NCBI GenBank assembly: GCA_963827235.1
Contig: CAWHAE010000009.1
Span: 1,152,001 to 1,216,000 of the forward strand
DNA length: 64,000 nt
Direction of reading: 5' to 3'
Source of the DNA: an uncultured bacterium
Lineage (GTDB): Bacteria; Chloroflexota; UBA5177; JANWHV01
Shown: positions 1-9,944 of the stretch, one piece after another
How the letters are laid out: every line of letters begins with the position of its first letter
Position numbering within the stretch: the stretch's first letter is position 1
The notes under the pieces: generated by a model
Told to the model about the DNA's origin: nothing
The model's database searches: none
What the model saw: the letters and a program-made list of their open reading frames with translations, nothing else
Made by a program: the position numbers and the translations under genes

Positions 1-195
1 ATAGATCGAGTCAAACGGCTGCCGCCACACCAGCGGGATCCGGGACGGTGGGCGGCGGGACGGCGACTGCGGTATTTCGGTAGTTCGGCAGTATCGGCGG
101 CCGGCCAGTGCGTGCGCTTATAGCCAGGAAGCGATGGGCGCTACTGAGGTCCGTCTCCCCGATCCGTGTTCCTGAGCCCGCCCGCTACCGCCCGA

Positions 196-966
196 TCAGC
201 CGGCGTCCGCAAAGGTCGTCAGCAGAGGATAGTGATCGGACGCTGCTTCCGCCTCCGTGGGCGTCAGTATGGTGGATTCCTTGGCGAGCGGCGCCAGCTC
301 GGGCCCGGCGAAGATGTAGTCGACCCGCCGAGGCGAGCTGCCCAGGAGCGTGGTAGGAGCGGCCACCTGGGGGTTGAGCCGTCGCCAGGTATCTACCATA
401 CCGGCTGCCAGGATCTGCTCCACTACTCCGCCGGCTATCGCGGCACAGAAGTCCGCCGGCAATTGGGCGCGGCGCGGATCGGATAGGTCGCCCTCACCCG
501 GCGCCCAGGCATTAAAGTCGCCCAGGGCGCAAAACCGTCCCGTGGCGCGCTCGAGCAGGCCGCGGAGCTGCTGCGCCTCGCGCTGCTTGGCCAGCGAGTC
601 GGGCGCACCGGGGCGGGCGCGGAAGTGGACCACGAAGAACCCAACCGGCCGTCCGTCCGGCGGACGTACCCAGACTTCGAGCACGGGCCGGAACATCACC
701 TCGACATCGCCTGGATGCACGTCGACCCGAACGATCGGCCAGCGTGAGAACACTGCGAGGTGCTCCGGCGCGGGCGGTGACTCCGGCTCGTTGGCGTGTC
801 CCAGGACCACGGGCATGTCGAGCTCGTGAGACATCTCCAGCAGGCCGGAGACGTCGTCGACTTCCTGGCAGGCGAGCACGTCGGGTCGGGCCTCGCGAAT
901 GACGGCGAGGAGCGCCGCAGTGCGATCGCCGGGCGCGTGCAGCATGTTGTAGGTCATCACTCGCAT
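196..966 (-). CDS. Endonuclease/exonuclease/phosphatase (EEP) family protein
   Basis: Motifs MRVMTYNML, DVLACQEV, GDFNA, RVDYIF, ASDHYP. Start trimmed to ATG 966, downstream of the permease stop. Confidence 0.88.
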   Translation of the reverse strand: MRVMTYNMLHAPGDRTAALLAVIREARPDVLACQEVDDVSGLLEMSHELDMPVVLGHANEPESPPAPEHLAVFSRWPIVRVDVHPGDVEVMFRPVLEVWVRPPDGRPVGFFVVHFRARPGAPDSLAKQREAQQLRGLLERATGRFCALGDFNAWAPGEGDLSDPRRAQLPADFCAAIAGGVVEQILAAGMVDTWRRLNPQVAAPTTLLGSSPRRVDYIFAGPELAPLAKESTILTPTEAEAASDHYPLLTTFADAG

Positions 967-998
967 GTTCTGCTTCCTTTCCTGTGGGGGGTCGGCGA

Positions 999-1856
999 CT
1001 AGCGCAGCCCGGTCAGGCTGATGCCTTCGATGAACGAGCGCTGGAGAACGAAGAAGAGAACGAATATCGGCGCGCAGAATAGAATTGCCGCGGCCATGAG
1101 CAGGTTCCACTGCGCGTTGTTGGCGCTCAAGAATTGCTGCAGGCCGACGCCAAGCGTCCACAGGTCCTGCGAATTAAGGTAGAGCAGCGGGCCGAAGAAG
1201 TCCTTCCAGGTATCCACGGAGACGAACAGCGCTACCGCGGTCAGCGCCGCTTTGCTCAGGGGCGTGATCACGCGGAGCAGAATGGTCAGATCGCCGGCGC
1301 CGTCGAGGCGCGCCGCTTCCGACAGCTCCTGCGGGATGCCGAGAAAGAATTGGCGAAGCAGAAATATGTAGAAAGGACTGCCGAGAAAGGACGGCACGAT
1401 CAGCGGCAGGAACGTGCCAAGCCAATGCAGATCGCGGAACGTGATGTAGACGGGAATCAGCGTGACCTGCGCCGGCAGCAGGATACTGGCGAACATGATG
1501 AAGAACACGACGTCGCGCCCACGCCAGTGCAGACGAGCGAAGGCGTAGGCCGCCAGCGGGCTGGAGAAGAGCACGCCGCAGACGTTGGCCACGCAGAGGA
1601 TGAGCGTGTTGCGCAGATAGGTGAAGAACGGAATGGTACCGAAGACGTCGCGGTAGTTCTGCCAGCGAGGTGAACCCGGTATCCAGGACGACGAGGCGGC
1701 GAACACCTCGCTCGACGTCTTGAGCGACGTGGTGAGCATCCAGAAGAACGGCAGAAGGAAGACCAGGCAGAGCAGGATAAGGGCACCGTGGCGGAGCAGA
1801 TGCCCGGGGCCGGGGTTCCGGCGCGCGGTGTAGAAGTGAAGAGGCAGGTAGGTCAC
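999..1856 (-). CDS. Carbohydrate ABC transporter permease (MalG/UgpE-like)
   Basis: Six TM-like segments and the EAA loop ELSEAARLDGA. GTG start overlaps the upstream TGA (GTGA). Confidence 0.92.
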   Translation of the reverse strand: MTYLPLHFYTARRNPGPGHLLRHGALILLCLVFLLPFFWMLTTSLKTSSEVFAASSSWIPGSPRWQNYRDVFGTIPFFTYLRNTLILCVANVCGVLFSSPLAAYAFARLHWRGRDVVFFIMFASILLPAQVTLIPVYITFRDLHWLGTFLPLIVPSFLGSPFYIFLLRQFFLGIPQELSEAARLDGAGDLTILLRVITPLSKAALTAVALFVSVDTWKDFFGPLLYLNSQDLWTLGVGLQQFLSANNAQWNLLMAAAILFCAPIFVLFFVLQRSFIEGISLTGLR

Positions 1857-2812
1857 CGCAGGCGCCCTTCGTAGAAGACCCACTCGCGCGAAGTCAGGAA
1901 GAGGATGGCGCTCAGTGCCACCACGATGAGGAAGAGAATCCAGGCAAGGGCCGAGGCGTAGCCCATGTGCAGGTAGCCGAAAGCAACCTGGTAGAGATAG
2001 AGGGGATAGAACAGTAGCGACCCCTCGGGCGACCCTATGCCGTCCGTGTTGTTGATGCCCAGGCTGATGATGTAGCCCTGCGTGAAGTAGCCGAACATGC
2101 CAATGGCGGAGGTGAGCACGTTGAAGAAGAGGACCGGCGTGATCTGCGGCAGGGTGACGTGCCGGAATCGGCCCCAGCCCGATGCACCGTCGATAGCAGC
2201 CGCCTCGTAGAGATGGCGCGGGACCTGGCGTAAGCCGGCCAGGAAGATCACCATCGTGTTACCGCACGTCCAGACTTCGATCACCAGGATGCCCGGTTTT
2301 GACCACAGCGGGCTGGTGAACCAGCCGGGGCCGGTTATGCCGACCTGAGCCAGGAGTGCGTTGAGCAGTCCGCCCTGGGGATTCAGCACCCAGAGCCAGA
2401 GCAGCGCCGAAGCGACGGGCGGCACCATGACCGGCAGATAGAACACCGCCCGATAGATGCCCAGGCCGGGCAGCGGACGATCGAGGAGCATGGCAAGGCC
2501 AAGACTGGTGAGCGTGACCAACGGGACGCCGACCACCACCATATAGAGGGTATTGCCCAGCGCCTGCGTGAAGAACGGATCGTTGCCGAAGAGGGTACGG
2601 TAATTGTCCAGACCAACCCAGCGGGCTGGCGTCATCAGGTTGTAGGAGGTGAAGCTGTTGTAGCAGGTCAACACCAACGGTATGAGGGTGAAGGCGGCGA
2701 AACCAATCAGCCACGGCAGCAGGAACAAGAATGGGACGCCGGCTCGTCGAAGCGGGCGCCACCGCCCGGCCCGAGCGGCCGGGTGGTGGCGCACCAACGT
2801 GGTGACTGCCAT
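1853..2812 (-). CDS. Carbohydrate ABC transporter permease (MalF/UgpA-like)
   Basis: WVGLDNY motif, EAA loop LYEAAAIDGA, MGYASALAW. Confidence 0.92.
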   Translation of the reverse strand: MAVTTLVRHHPAARAGRWRPLRRAGVPFLFLLPWLIGFAAFTLIPLVLTCYNSFTSYNLMTPARWVGLDNYRTLFGNDPFFTQALGNTLYMVVVGVPLVTLTSLGLAMLLDRPLPGLGIYRAVFYLPVMVPPVASALLWLWVLNPQGGLLNALLAQVGITGPGWFTSPLWSKPGILVIEVWTCGNTMVIFLAGLRQVPRHLYEAAAIDGASGWGRFRHVTLPQITPVLFFNVLTSAIGMFGYFTQGYIISLGINNTDGIGSPEGSLLFYPLYLYQVAFGYLHMGYASALAWILFLIVVALSAILFLTSREWVFYEGRLR

Positions 2813-2818
2813 GCGCAG

Positions 2819-4129
2819 CTAGCTCGTATGGGCCTGCTGCAGCGCCTGCGCGAGTTGCGGCTGGATCTGGCTCTGCACGCCGGCGAGACCCGCCTGCACC
2901 GTGGCATGACCGTGGATGATCTTGTCGACTGCCGAGTTCATGGCATCGATGTACTCCAGGCTGACGGGCACGGAAGGCCAGGGAATGATGTTGGCCCCGG
3001 CGCTGTAGCGCCAGAACGCTGCCATGGTCTTCGAGGGCGCCAGCGACGGATTGTCGACGATTGACTTGAGTTGCGGCACGGCCTGCATGTCGGCCACGTA
3101 GTACTTCTGCACGGTGAGCTGCGTGCCCGTGGTCTCCAGCCACTCCATCAGGTCCCACGATGCTTGCGGGTCGCTGGTGCCGCGGGGCAGGACCAAGGGG
3201 TTGCCGCCCACTGAGCCCAGATTGGCCGCCGAGGCATGCCCATCGGCATACGGGATAGGCGCCACGTCGTAGGAGAGCGAGGGCGCATACTGTGCAAGCG
3301 TGGGCTGCAGGTATTCGCCAGCCACTTCCATCGCTACCTTGCCCTTGACGAAGGGATCCAGGGCCGTGGCGTAGCCGCCCACCGACGAGTTGAAGCGATC
3401 CACTTTGTCGGGACCAAAGGTCTTGTAGTAGTCGGCCAGCCATTGCACGCCCGCCATGGCGCCGGAGTCGAGCGGCGTGATCTTGGAGTCGTCGCTATTG
3501 GCATAGCGCCCGCCGTAGGCGAGGCCCCAAATGCCGCGGAAGAAGGTGGGCGCCAAGCCCATCTGCGTGTAGAGACCGTTGGAGCCCGTGACCGTGAGCT
3601 TCCGCGCGTCGCTCGCCAGCTCGCTGAGCGTGAGCGGCGGCCGGCTGATGCCTGCGCCGGCCAGGAGCGTCTTGTTGTAGTACAGCATGTAGGTGTCTTC
3701 GAGAAACGGCATGGCATATTGCCGTCCGAAGGCCGACACCGAGGACAGCGCGGCATGGGTGAAGTCGGAGAGGTTCAGGTGGCCTTTCGTGATGTACGGG
3801 GTGAGGTCGAGCGCCGCTCCGCTCGCGGCGAGCGAGCCGACATAATACGTGGTACCCAGCATGGCGACGTCGGGCGGGCTACCGGCGGTGACACTGGCGA
3901 CGAACTTGTCTTCCTGGACGGAGGAGACGACCTTCCAGTGAACTGAAGGATGCGTGCGATTGTATTCGGAGATAAGCCCATTGAACGCGGTGACGACCGG
4001 TGTGTCGGACCAGTTCAGCCAGATGGAGAGCTCTTCGGGGCTGCCGGCATGCGCGCGGGGCGTGCAAATCGCCGCCACGAGGATGCCCGCGCCCAACGCT
4101 CGTGTGCTCGCCTTGAACCAAGTGGACAT
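2819..4129 (-). CDS. ABC transporter extracellular solute-binding protein (family 1)
   Basis: Signal peptide, GSPPDVAM, MLYYNKTLL, FVKGKVAM. First gene of the permease operon. Confidence 0.9.
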   Translation of the reverse strand: MSTWFKASTRALGAGILVAAICTPRAHAGSPEELSIWLNWSDTPVVTAFNGLISEYNRTHPSVHWKVVSSVQEDKFVASVTAGSPPDVAMLGTTYYVGSLAASGAALDLTPYITKGHLNLSDFTHAALSSVSAFGRQYAMPFLEDTYMLYYNKTLLAGAGISRPPLTLSELASDARKLTVTGSNGLYTQMGLAPTFFRGIWGLAYGGRYANSDDSKITPLDSGAMAGVQWLADYYKTFGPDKVDRFNSSVGGYATALDPFVKGKVAMEVAGEYLQPTLAQYAPSLSYDVAPIPYADGHASAANLGSVGGNPLVLPRGTSDPQASWDLMEWLETTGTQLTVQKYYVADMQAVPQLKSIVDNPSLAPSKTMAAFWRYSAGANIIPWPSVPVSLEYIDAMNSAVDKIIHGHATVQAGLAGVQSQIQPQLAQALQQAHTS

Positions 4130-4187
4130 AGGTATTTCCCTTGCTTCCTGCTCAGCGTCAAAAACCCAGCCAGAAGGATCCGAAGGG

Positions 4188-4252
4188 AGAATACCAATCG
4201 CGAGTTAAGAGCCAATGAAGGCCCGGTTAAGCGCTGGTTAATAGCGAGTTAA
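4188..4252 (-). promoter_or_regulatory. Promoter with 11-bp-periodic TTAAC direct repeats (Pho-box-like) and extended -10 TGgTATTCT
   Basis: GTTAA on + at 4204, 4226, 4237, 4248, with degenerate ATGAA at 4215. The -10 (agaata, 4188-4193) lies 10 nt from the proximal repeat. Confidence 0.6.
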
Positions 4253-4394
4253 GTGTCGAAGACCCGCGGTGCGCCCACGATTCCGGATGCGCGGCACCCC
4301 CTGCGGCCGCTAGTCTCGACGACGCACGGCCTGCGGCAGCGACAGGGTCGCAGCCGATGAGCCCCCCGGATTGAGAGAAGAACGCGGCTGGGAT

Positions 4395-4991
4395 TCAGGC
4401 GTGGGTGCCCGGTAGGTCTCGCGCGCCGGAGACGGTGAGCAGCAGCACCTCGGCGAAGGCGTCGTGCAACGCGGCCAGCCGATGGGGAACGCTGGAGTCG
4501 AAGTGTGCGACATCGCCGACATTGAGCACGTGGGTTTGGTCGCCGAGCTGGAGCTGCAAGGTGCCGCCAAGCACGTACAGCCACTCCTCGCCCTCGTGCT
4601 CGTACCGTTCCGCGCCCTGCCGCAGCAGGGGTACTCTCACGCGGGCGGCCTGGAGGCGGCGATGCCGGCTGCTCGTCAGCGAGGTGTAGAGCAAGTCGTT
4701 GACGTTCTTCTCAGGCACGCTGCCGGCGCGCACTATGACCTGGGTGTGTCGCGCGGGGGCGATGGCGAGCAGCTCCGAGACGGAGACTTCGAGCACACGG
4801 GCCAGGGTGAACAGGGTGGCCAGTGAAGGCTGGCGCTCGCCGCTCTCGATGCGCGAGAGGTGGGCCTGGGAGAGCGAGCTGCGCGCCGCCAGATCGCCCA
4901 GCGTCCACTCGCGCTCGGTCCGCAGCTCCTTCAAGCGGGTGCCGAGCGTGGCCAGCGCGCGCTCATCCTCGACGTTCAGACTCATCGCCAT
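4395..4991 (-). CDS. XRE-family HTH transcriptional regulator with cupin domain
   Basis: LKELRTEREWTLGDLAARSSLSQAHLSRIESGERQPSL; HEGEEWLYVL...FDSSVPH. Start trimmed to ATG 4991. Confidence 0.9.
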   Translation of the reverse strand: MAMSLNVEDERALATLGTRLKELRTEREWTLGDLAARSSLSQAHLSRIESGERQPSLATLFTLARVLEVSVSELLAIAPARHTQVIVRAGSVPEKNVNDLLYTSLTSSRHRRLQAARVRVPLLRQGAERYEHEGEEWLYVLGGTLQLQLGDQTHVLNVGDVAHFDSSVPHRLAALHDAFAEVLLLTVSGARDLPGTHA

Positions 4992-5191
4992 GTGCACTTT
5001 CCCCACCGCGAGCGGATCAGAGCTAGTCCCGTAGATCATATCCGCAGCGAAGCCATGCGAGAAACCCTCTCCGGTGGTCGCCGATCCCGCCGTACTGGTC
5101 GGCACGCCGTGCTCTGTGGGAGCATGACGGTAGCGCGCCGTCAGGGCGTGTTCGTCGCACTGCTCAGCCGGGAGAGGAAAGAATACCGCCG

Positions 5192-6088
5192 ATGGCACAG
5201 CGATTCGAGCCGCTCGCCCACGGCCTCTGGGGCGTGCTTGCCACGCCGTTCCGTGGCGAGCACCTTGAGGTCGATACCGCATCGCTCGCACGCATTGCCG
5301 CGCACTACCGCCGCGCAGGCGTCAGGGGCCTCGTCGCCCTGGGCATCATGGGAGAGGCGGCGCGGCTGGACTCCGCGGAGCGGCGGCTGGTCGTGGAGAC
5401 CGTCGTGACGGCGGCCTGCAATCTGCCGGTGGTGGCCGGCATGGGCTTCACGGCCTCCGCCCCCGCCGCCGAGGAGGCTCGCGCCCTTGCGGCGGTCGGG
5501 GCACACGCCGTCATGGTGCTGGTTCCTTCGCCCGATCAGCGCGTGGCGGCGGACCACTTCCGGAGCATAGCCGCCGCTTCCGGCATCGGCATCGTCGCCC
5601 AGGATTATCCGGTGGCCACGGGCGTGGCCATCACGCCGCCGGCTCTGGCCGAGGCGAGTCAACAGGCCGGCGTGGTGGTCGGCTTCAAGCTCGAGGCAAC
5701 TCCCACGTCGGCCTCGGTGGCCGCGCTCACGGCCGAGACGGATCTGCCGGTGTTCGGCGGCCTGGGTGGCATCGGTCTGCTGGACGAGCTGATAAGCGGT
5801 GCCGCCGGGGCCTTCACCGGCTTTTCGGTGCCGGAAGCCATCGTTGCGGCGCTCGTCGCCTGGGAGGACGGCGGATACGCCGCAGCACGAGAACGTTTGC
5901 TGCCCTGGTTGCCCCTCATGTTGTGCGAGGCTCAGGAGAAAGTGAACGTCGCGGTGCGCAAGGAGATCCTGCGGCGGCGCGGCATCATTGCGGAGGCGTG
6001 CGTTCGCCCGCCGGGATGGCCACTACCGGCCGCGATCGGCGCCGCCCTGGATGCGCATCTTTCCGCCCTGACGCTGCCACCGGTCTGA
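5192..6088 (+). CDS. Dihydrodipicolinate synthase (DHDPS/NAL) family aldolase, probably not DapA
   Basis: GVLATPF, LGIMGE (not the GTTGE of DapA), QDYP, Schiff-base Lys in GFKLE. Divergent from the XRE regulator. Confidence 0.85.
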   Translation: MAQRFEPLAHGLWGVLATPFRGEHLEVDTASLARIAAHYRRAGVRGLVALGIMGEAARLDSAERRLVVETVVTAACNLPVVAGMGFTASAPAAEEARALAAVGAHAVMVLVPSPDQRVAADHFRSIAAASGIGIVAQDYPVATGVAITPPALAEASQQAGVVVGFKLEATPTSASVAALTAETDLPVFGGLGGIGLLDELISGAAGAFTGFSVPEAIVAALVAWEDGGYAAARERLLPWLPLMLCEAQEKVNVAVRKEILRRRGIIAEACVRPPGWPLPAAIGAALDAHLSALTLPPV

Positions 6089-6097
6089 GGCCACACC

Positions 6098-6754
6098 TCA
6101 GGCGCGAGGTGATGTGGGCCCTTCGGCGCTCGACGCCGACACTGCACGGGCGGGCGAGGGATCGGCGGACGCACCCCGGATCGAGGGAATGTAGTAGGAA
6201 CCGCCGGCGCAGGCGCGGCAGAGCACCACACCATCGCGCACGATTTCGCGCTGATTGATGATTTCCTCGCCGCAGATCCGGCAATCGACGCGAAGGTGGG
6301 GCTTGCTGACGATCGCGGCGATCGATGGAGTCAACCTGACGTCCTGGCAGGCCAGCAGCAGGTCGTCAGGCATTTGCTGGTAGCCGACCAGCTGCATCTG
6401 CCAACGGGCCTGGGCCTCGGCGGCATAGTGCGCGGCCAGCTCCCTGGCCGCCGCACGGGGCACGATACGAAGCGCCCTCTCGGTCTCCGTATCCACGAAG
6501 GTGGCCGCCACCTTGCCGTAGTCCTCTATCCGGAGCGTGCGATGCCCGACGGTGCATCCGCTCGCCACGGAGACGCCGTCCGCGGTGCAGCCGTCGGTCT
6601 CCAGAATGACGAGCAGGCGCTTGCCGGTCTGAGGCAGGTCGATGGCGAGCAGCCGGCCGGCGAGCAGCGCCATGCGTGCTCCCAGCACCTGCTTGGGGCA
6701 GAGGTGGTCGTGGCGCGCGGCGCTGGCTTCCAGGATCGCGGCGAGTGTGTGCAT
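6098..6754 (-). CDS. FmdE family protein with C-terminal C4 zinc finger
   Basis: HDHLCPKQVLG, ETDGCTADG, CRICGEE...CRAC. Confidence 0.88.
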   Translation of the reverse strand: MHTLAAILEASAARHDHLCPKQVLGARMALLAGRLLAIDLPQTGKRLLVILETDGCTADGVSVASGCTVGHRTLRIEDYGKVAATFVDTETERALRIVPRAAARELAAHYAAEAQARWQMQLVGYQQMPDDLLLACQDVRLTPSIAAIVSKPHLRVDCRICGEEIINQREIVRDGVVLCRACAGGSYYIPSIRGASADPSPARAVSASSAEGPTSPRA

Positions 6755-6786
6755 CTCTCTGCTGATGGTAGACGTGATGCGAGAGA

Positions 6787-6814
6787 AGGAGAAGGGCCGA
6801 AAGCCCTTTCTCCT
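6787..6814 (-). terminator. Stem-loop, candidate terminator of the two-component operon
   Basis: aggagaagggc-cgaaa-gccctttctcct near-perfect stem about 110 nt after the response regulator stop. No U-tract. Confidence 0.4.
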
Positions 6815-6923
6815 CCGCTCATCGGCTTGCCAAGGGAGCAGAAGTTCAGTGCATCAGCTCGACCGCTGCGGTCTTGATGGCAAGGCTCTGCCGCGTCGGC
6901 CTCTGTCGGTGCGCCGTGCGGCC

Positions 6924-7589
6924 TCACGGGTCCGCCATCTCGATCTGATCCAGGCTGACCAGCCCACGTTTCAGCGCGTAGATAGCGACCTGTGTCCGAT
7001 GTGCAAGCTGTAGCTTGGTGAGGATGTTCGCGACGTGCGTCTTCACGGTCTCGTTGCTTACCACGAGCAGCTCGGCGATTTCGCGGTTGGTGCGGCCCAG
7101 CACGAGCTGGCGCAACACCTCCTGCTCGCGGTCGGTCAGCTCGGTGCCGGGCGTGCTGTCTTTGCCTGCTTCCTGCAATACTGCGGCCGCTGCTGCTGCA
7201 TCGAGCAGCGACTGGCCGCGCGAGGCGGCACGCACTGAAGCCAGCAGCACTTCGGGGTCCGCGTCCTTCCGCACGTAGCCGATGGCGCCTGCGCGGAGAG
7301 CGGCGACCACCCGCGGCGCATCCGTGTAGCTGGTTAGCGCTACGACCTGGACTGACGGGTGTGCTGCGCGGGCCCTCCTGGTGGTCTCGATGCCGTCGAT
7401 GCCGCCGGGCATCAGCAGGTCCATGACGACCACGTCGGGAGCCCAGGAAGCGAGCGCGCGCAGCACCTCCTCGCCCGAGGAGGCCTCGCCGACTACTTCG
7501 AGGTCCGGAAAGGACTCCAGGTAGCTGCGCAGTCCACGCCTCACGACCCTGTGATCATCGACGAGCGCAACGCGAATTCGCGCACTCAC
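6924..7589 (-). CDS. NarL/LuxR-family response regulator
   Basis: VALVDDH, VVVMDLLMP receiver domain; LTDREQEVL...TVKTHVANIL HTH. Confidence 0.95.
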   Translation of the reverse strand: MSARIRVALVDDHRVVRRGLRSYLESFPDLEVVGEASSGEEVLRALASWAPDVVVMDLLMPGGIDGIETTRRARAAHPSVQVVALTSYTDAPRVVAALRAGAIGYVRKDADPEVLLASVRAASRGQSLLDAAAAAAVLQEAGKDSTPGTELTDREQEVLRQLVLGRTNREIAELLVVSNETVKTHVANILTKLQLAHRTQVAIYALKRGLVSLDQIEMADP

Positions 7590-9406
7590 TCTACGGTGGC
7601 ACTTTCCTTAGCGGCAGGCTGCAGGTACTTGAGATGCACATACTCTACCAGGTCCAGCACCGGCCAGGCGATCAATATGGCGATGGCCGAGTCGTTCGCC
7701 CACTGGTCCGCCGTATGCACGGGCCACGCCGCCGGCCCGAAACCCCACAGCGCGCTGCACACTACGACGAATAGCCATCCCCCGAGGCTCTGTGCCTTAA
7801 GGACCAGCCGCGCCTTGATCTCGTAGCGCCTGGTTTCTGGTGCCAGGTCGCGAAGTTGCCGGGCACTGCCGAGCATGCTCAGCATGAAGACGACCAGCGC
7901 CAGACCGGCGAAGACGCCTGAGGCGGCATACGCTGCCGCCGCTGTCAGGTGTACCGGCCCGATGGACTTGAGAAGTGACAGGTAGAGTGAGCACAGGGAA
8001 ACTAGCGCGAGGACGCCGCTCAGCAAGCCACACGAACGGTATTCGAGCTCCGGTAGCGAACCCGGGCCGTGCCAGCCGCCCATTCCGATGTTGAGCCCAA
8101 CCCTGATCGACCACCGTGGTACCGGCTCCAATGGCCAGGAGTGCCTGCCAACCCCCAACGCAGCCATGCGCCATCCAGCCGCCCACAGACGGCAGCACTG
8201 GAACGCGGCAAGGGCGACGCAGGCGAGTACCAAGCCGACATCGACGGCGAACAAGATGAGGATCGCGGCAAGCACGGCGGCGGAGGTACCTGACTTGAGC
8301 GCCATCACCGCTTCTGCGGCTACGCGCCGCGCCGTTTCCGTTCCAACGTCGAGAGCATGGGCCGCGCTCGCGGCCTGGACCGGTGGTGCCGGGGCGAGAG
8401 GAAGCGAGACGTGTAAGGTGGTCCCCGCTCCGGGCATGCTCTCCACCCTGACCGTACCATCGAGCCCGCGCACTCGTTCCCGTATGTTAGCAAGACCCAT
8501 GCCACCCGGTGCTGTGCTCGGTTCGAATCCTTGACCATCGTCGATCACCTGTAACTCGAGCGTAGCCGCGGTTTGATACAGCTTCACGGTCACGTGCTCA
8601 GCGCGAGCGTGCCGAGCAACGTTGGCGAACGCTTCCTGCGCCACGCGAAAGACGGCATCCTGCGCGCCCGGCGGCAGCCTCACGTCGGGCGGCAGATCAC
8701 CCAGCTCCAGGCTGGTAGCGGTTCCGCTCCTGTAGCCCAGGGCTTCCAGCTGGATGCGAAGTGCTTCGACCAGGCCAATACTCTCGAGCGGAGTGGGACG
8801 CAGCTGTTGCAGCAAGGCTTGCATCTCCATCTGCGCTTCATGAGCGCTCTCGCGCACCGCTGCAAGGGCGGCACGCGCACCTGCAGGGTCGGACTCCCAG
8901 CGAGCCTCGGCAGTGGCCGCACTCACGGCCATGCCGAAGATCTGCTGCTTGATGGAGTCGTGGAGATCGCGGGCCATGCGTTTCCGCTCCTCCTGCACTG
9001 CCGCTTCGCTGACCTGGCGCACAAGCTCCTGGTGGTAGCCTGCCGCCTGCCGCTCGCCGTCGAGGCGGTCCGAAAGCCGCCTGCCCAAGGCGTTGATGCC
9101 ATCCAGAAGCCAGGCAACCGGCCAGCCGACCGGCGACCGCGCATACTCCCAGGTCTGCCCGCTCGCAAGCCGTGCCATCCAGCGTTCGGCCATGACCAGA
9201 CTGTGGATGAACCAGCCATTGAGCGCAATTCCGGCAGCCGCTGCAAGGAAGCCCGCTGCAAGGAGCGATGGCCCGGCGGGGGCCCCGGCGTGCCGAAAGG
9301 CCAGCGTGAGGCCGGACGCGGCGATACCGGCGGCAAAGTGGCTGAGCCCAAGCTGGATCGCCGGGTCCGGGATGCGGTCGAGACCGGCTGCCGACTTCAG
9401 GTGCAT
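7586..9406 (-). CDS. Sensor histidine kinase (HisKA_3) with N- and C-terminal membrane segments
   Basis: ERKRMARDLHDSIKQ, QEAFANVARHA, DDGQGF, GMGLANIRER. Start ATG 9406 follows GGAGG; 9460 is an alternative. Confidence 0.9.
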   Translation of the reverse strand: MHLKSAAGLDRIPDPAIQLGLSHFAAGIAASGLTLAFRHAGAPAGPSLLAAGFLAAAAGIALNGWFIHSLVMAERWMARLASGQTWEYARSPVGWPVAWLLDGINALGRRLSDRLDGERQAAGYHQELVRQVSEAAVQEERKRMARDLHDSIKQQIFGMAVSAATAEARWESDPAGARAALAAVRESAHEAQMEMQALLQQLRPTPLESIGLVEALRIQLEALGYRSGTATSLELGDLPPDVRLPPGAQDAVFRVAQEAFANVARHARAEHVTVKLYQTAATLELQVIDDGQGFEPSTAPGGMGLANIRERVRGLDGTVRVESMPGAGTTLHVSLPLAPAPPVQAASAAHALDVGTETARRVAAEAVMALKSGTSAAVLAAILILFAVDVGLVLACVALAAFQCCRLWAAGWRMAALGVGRHSWPLEPVPRWSIRVGLNIGMGGWHGPGSLPELEYRSCGLLSGVLALVSLCSLYLSLLKSIGPVHLTAAAAYAASGVFAGLALVVFMLSMLGSARQLRDLAPETRRYEIKARLVLKAQSLGGWLFVVVCSALWGFGPAAWPVHTADQWANDSAIAILIAWPVLDLVEYVHLKYLQPAAKESATVE

Positions 9407-9944
9407 GCGGCGGGTCCTCCAATGCTCCTCAGTATGGAGGAGCATTGGCTGGCCGGTCATCGCTCAAGGGAGTGGTTTTCATCTCCCCCGGACGGGTGAT
9501 TCCCCCGGCGGTCGCCGAGCCCAATGCTTCCAGGCAGGAGTCGCGGTATCCAACGCACCACCCGGCTGCGACCAGTTGTGAGCGGCCGGCCCCGTCCCTG
9601 CCATCTTGCCGCAGCTGGAGGCTCCTCGTCCACTGCGCCGCAGATTCGGATGGGAAGCCTTCAAAGGGTGCATAACTTGTTGGCGGGCGCAAAGACCGGT
9701 TCCGGCCTGACCGCCGGAAGTGCGAAGCGATTGATCGCTACGGTCAATGCGGACGCATTGTCGGCGAAGCTCAGCCTGAACATGGGCCGCGACATGGTGG
9801 CCCGGTATCTTTGGCGCAGGTATCTGTGTGGGCGAAAGCGGGTTAAAATCCTCGACTTGGAGAGGAAATGAGGCTCCCCGTGCTAAAGCACCGGGCAGCA
9901 GATACGCGGCCTGCTTCGCAGATGCACTACTAAAGAAGCTGCGA

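Noticed and set aside
1-195. Possible gene start at the left edge (minus frame ..IPLVWRQPFDSIY)
   Set aside because: No convincing start or SD and too little sequence to call.
6755-6923. Riboswitch (SAM-I or Moco-like) upstream of fmdE
   Set aside because: Some pairing exists but the conserved cores are missing, and a -10-like TACCAT lies 10 nt from the ATG, downstream of the structure.
9524-9871. ORF as a TnpB or other remnant
   Set aside because: No Zn-finger or RuvC motif recognisable.
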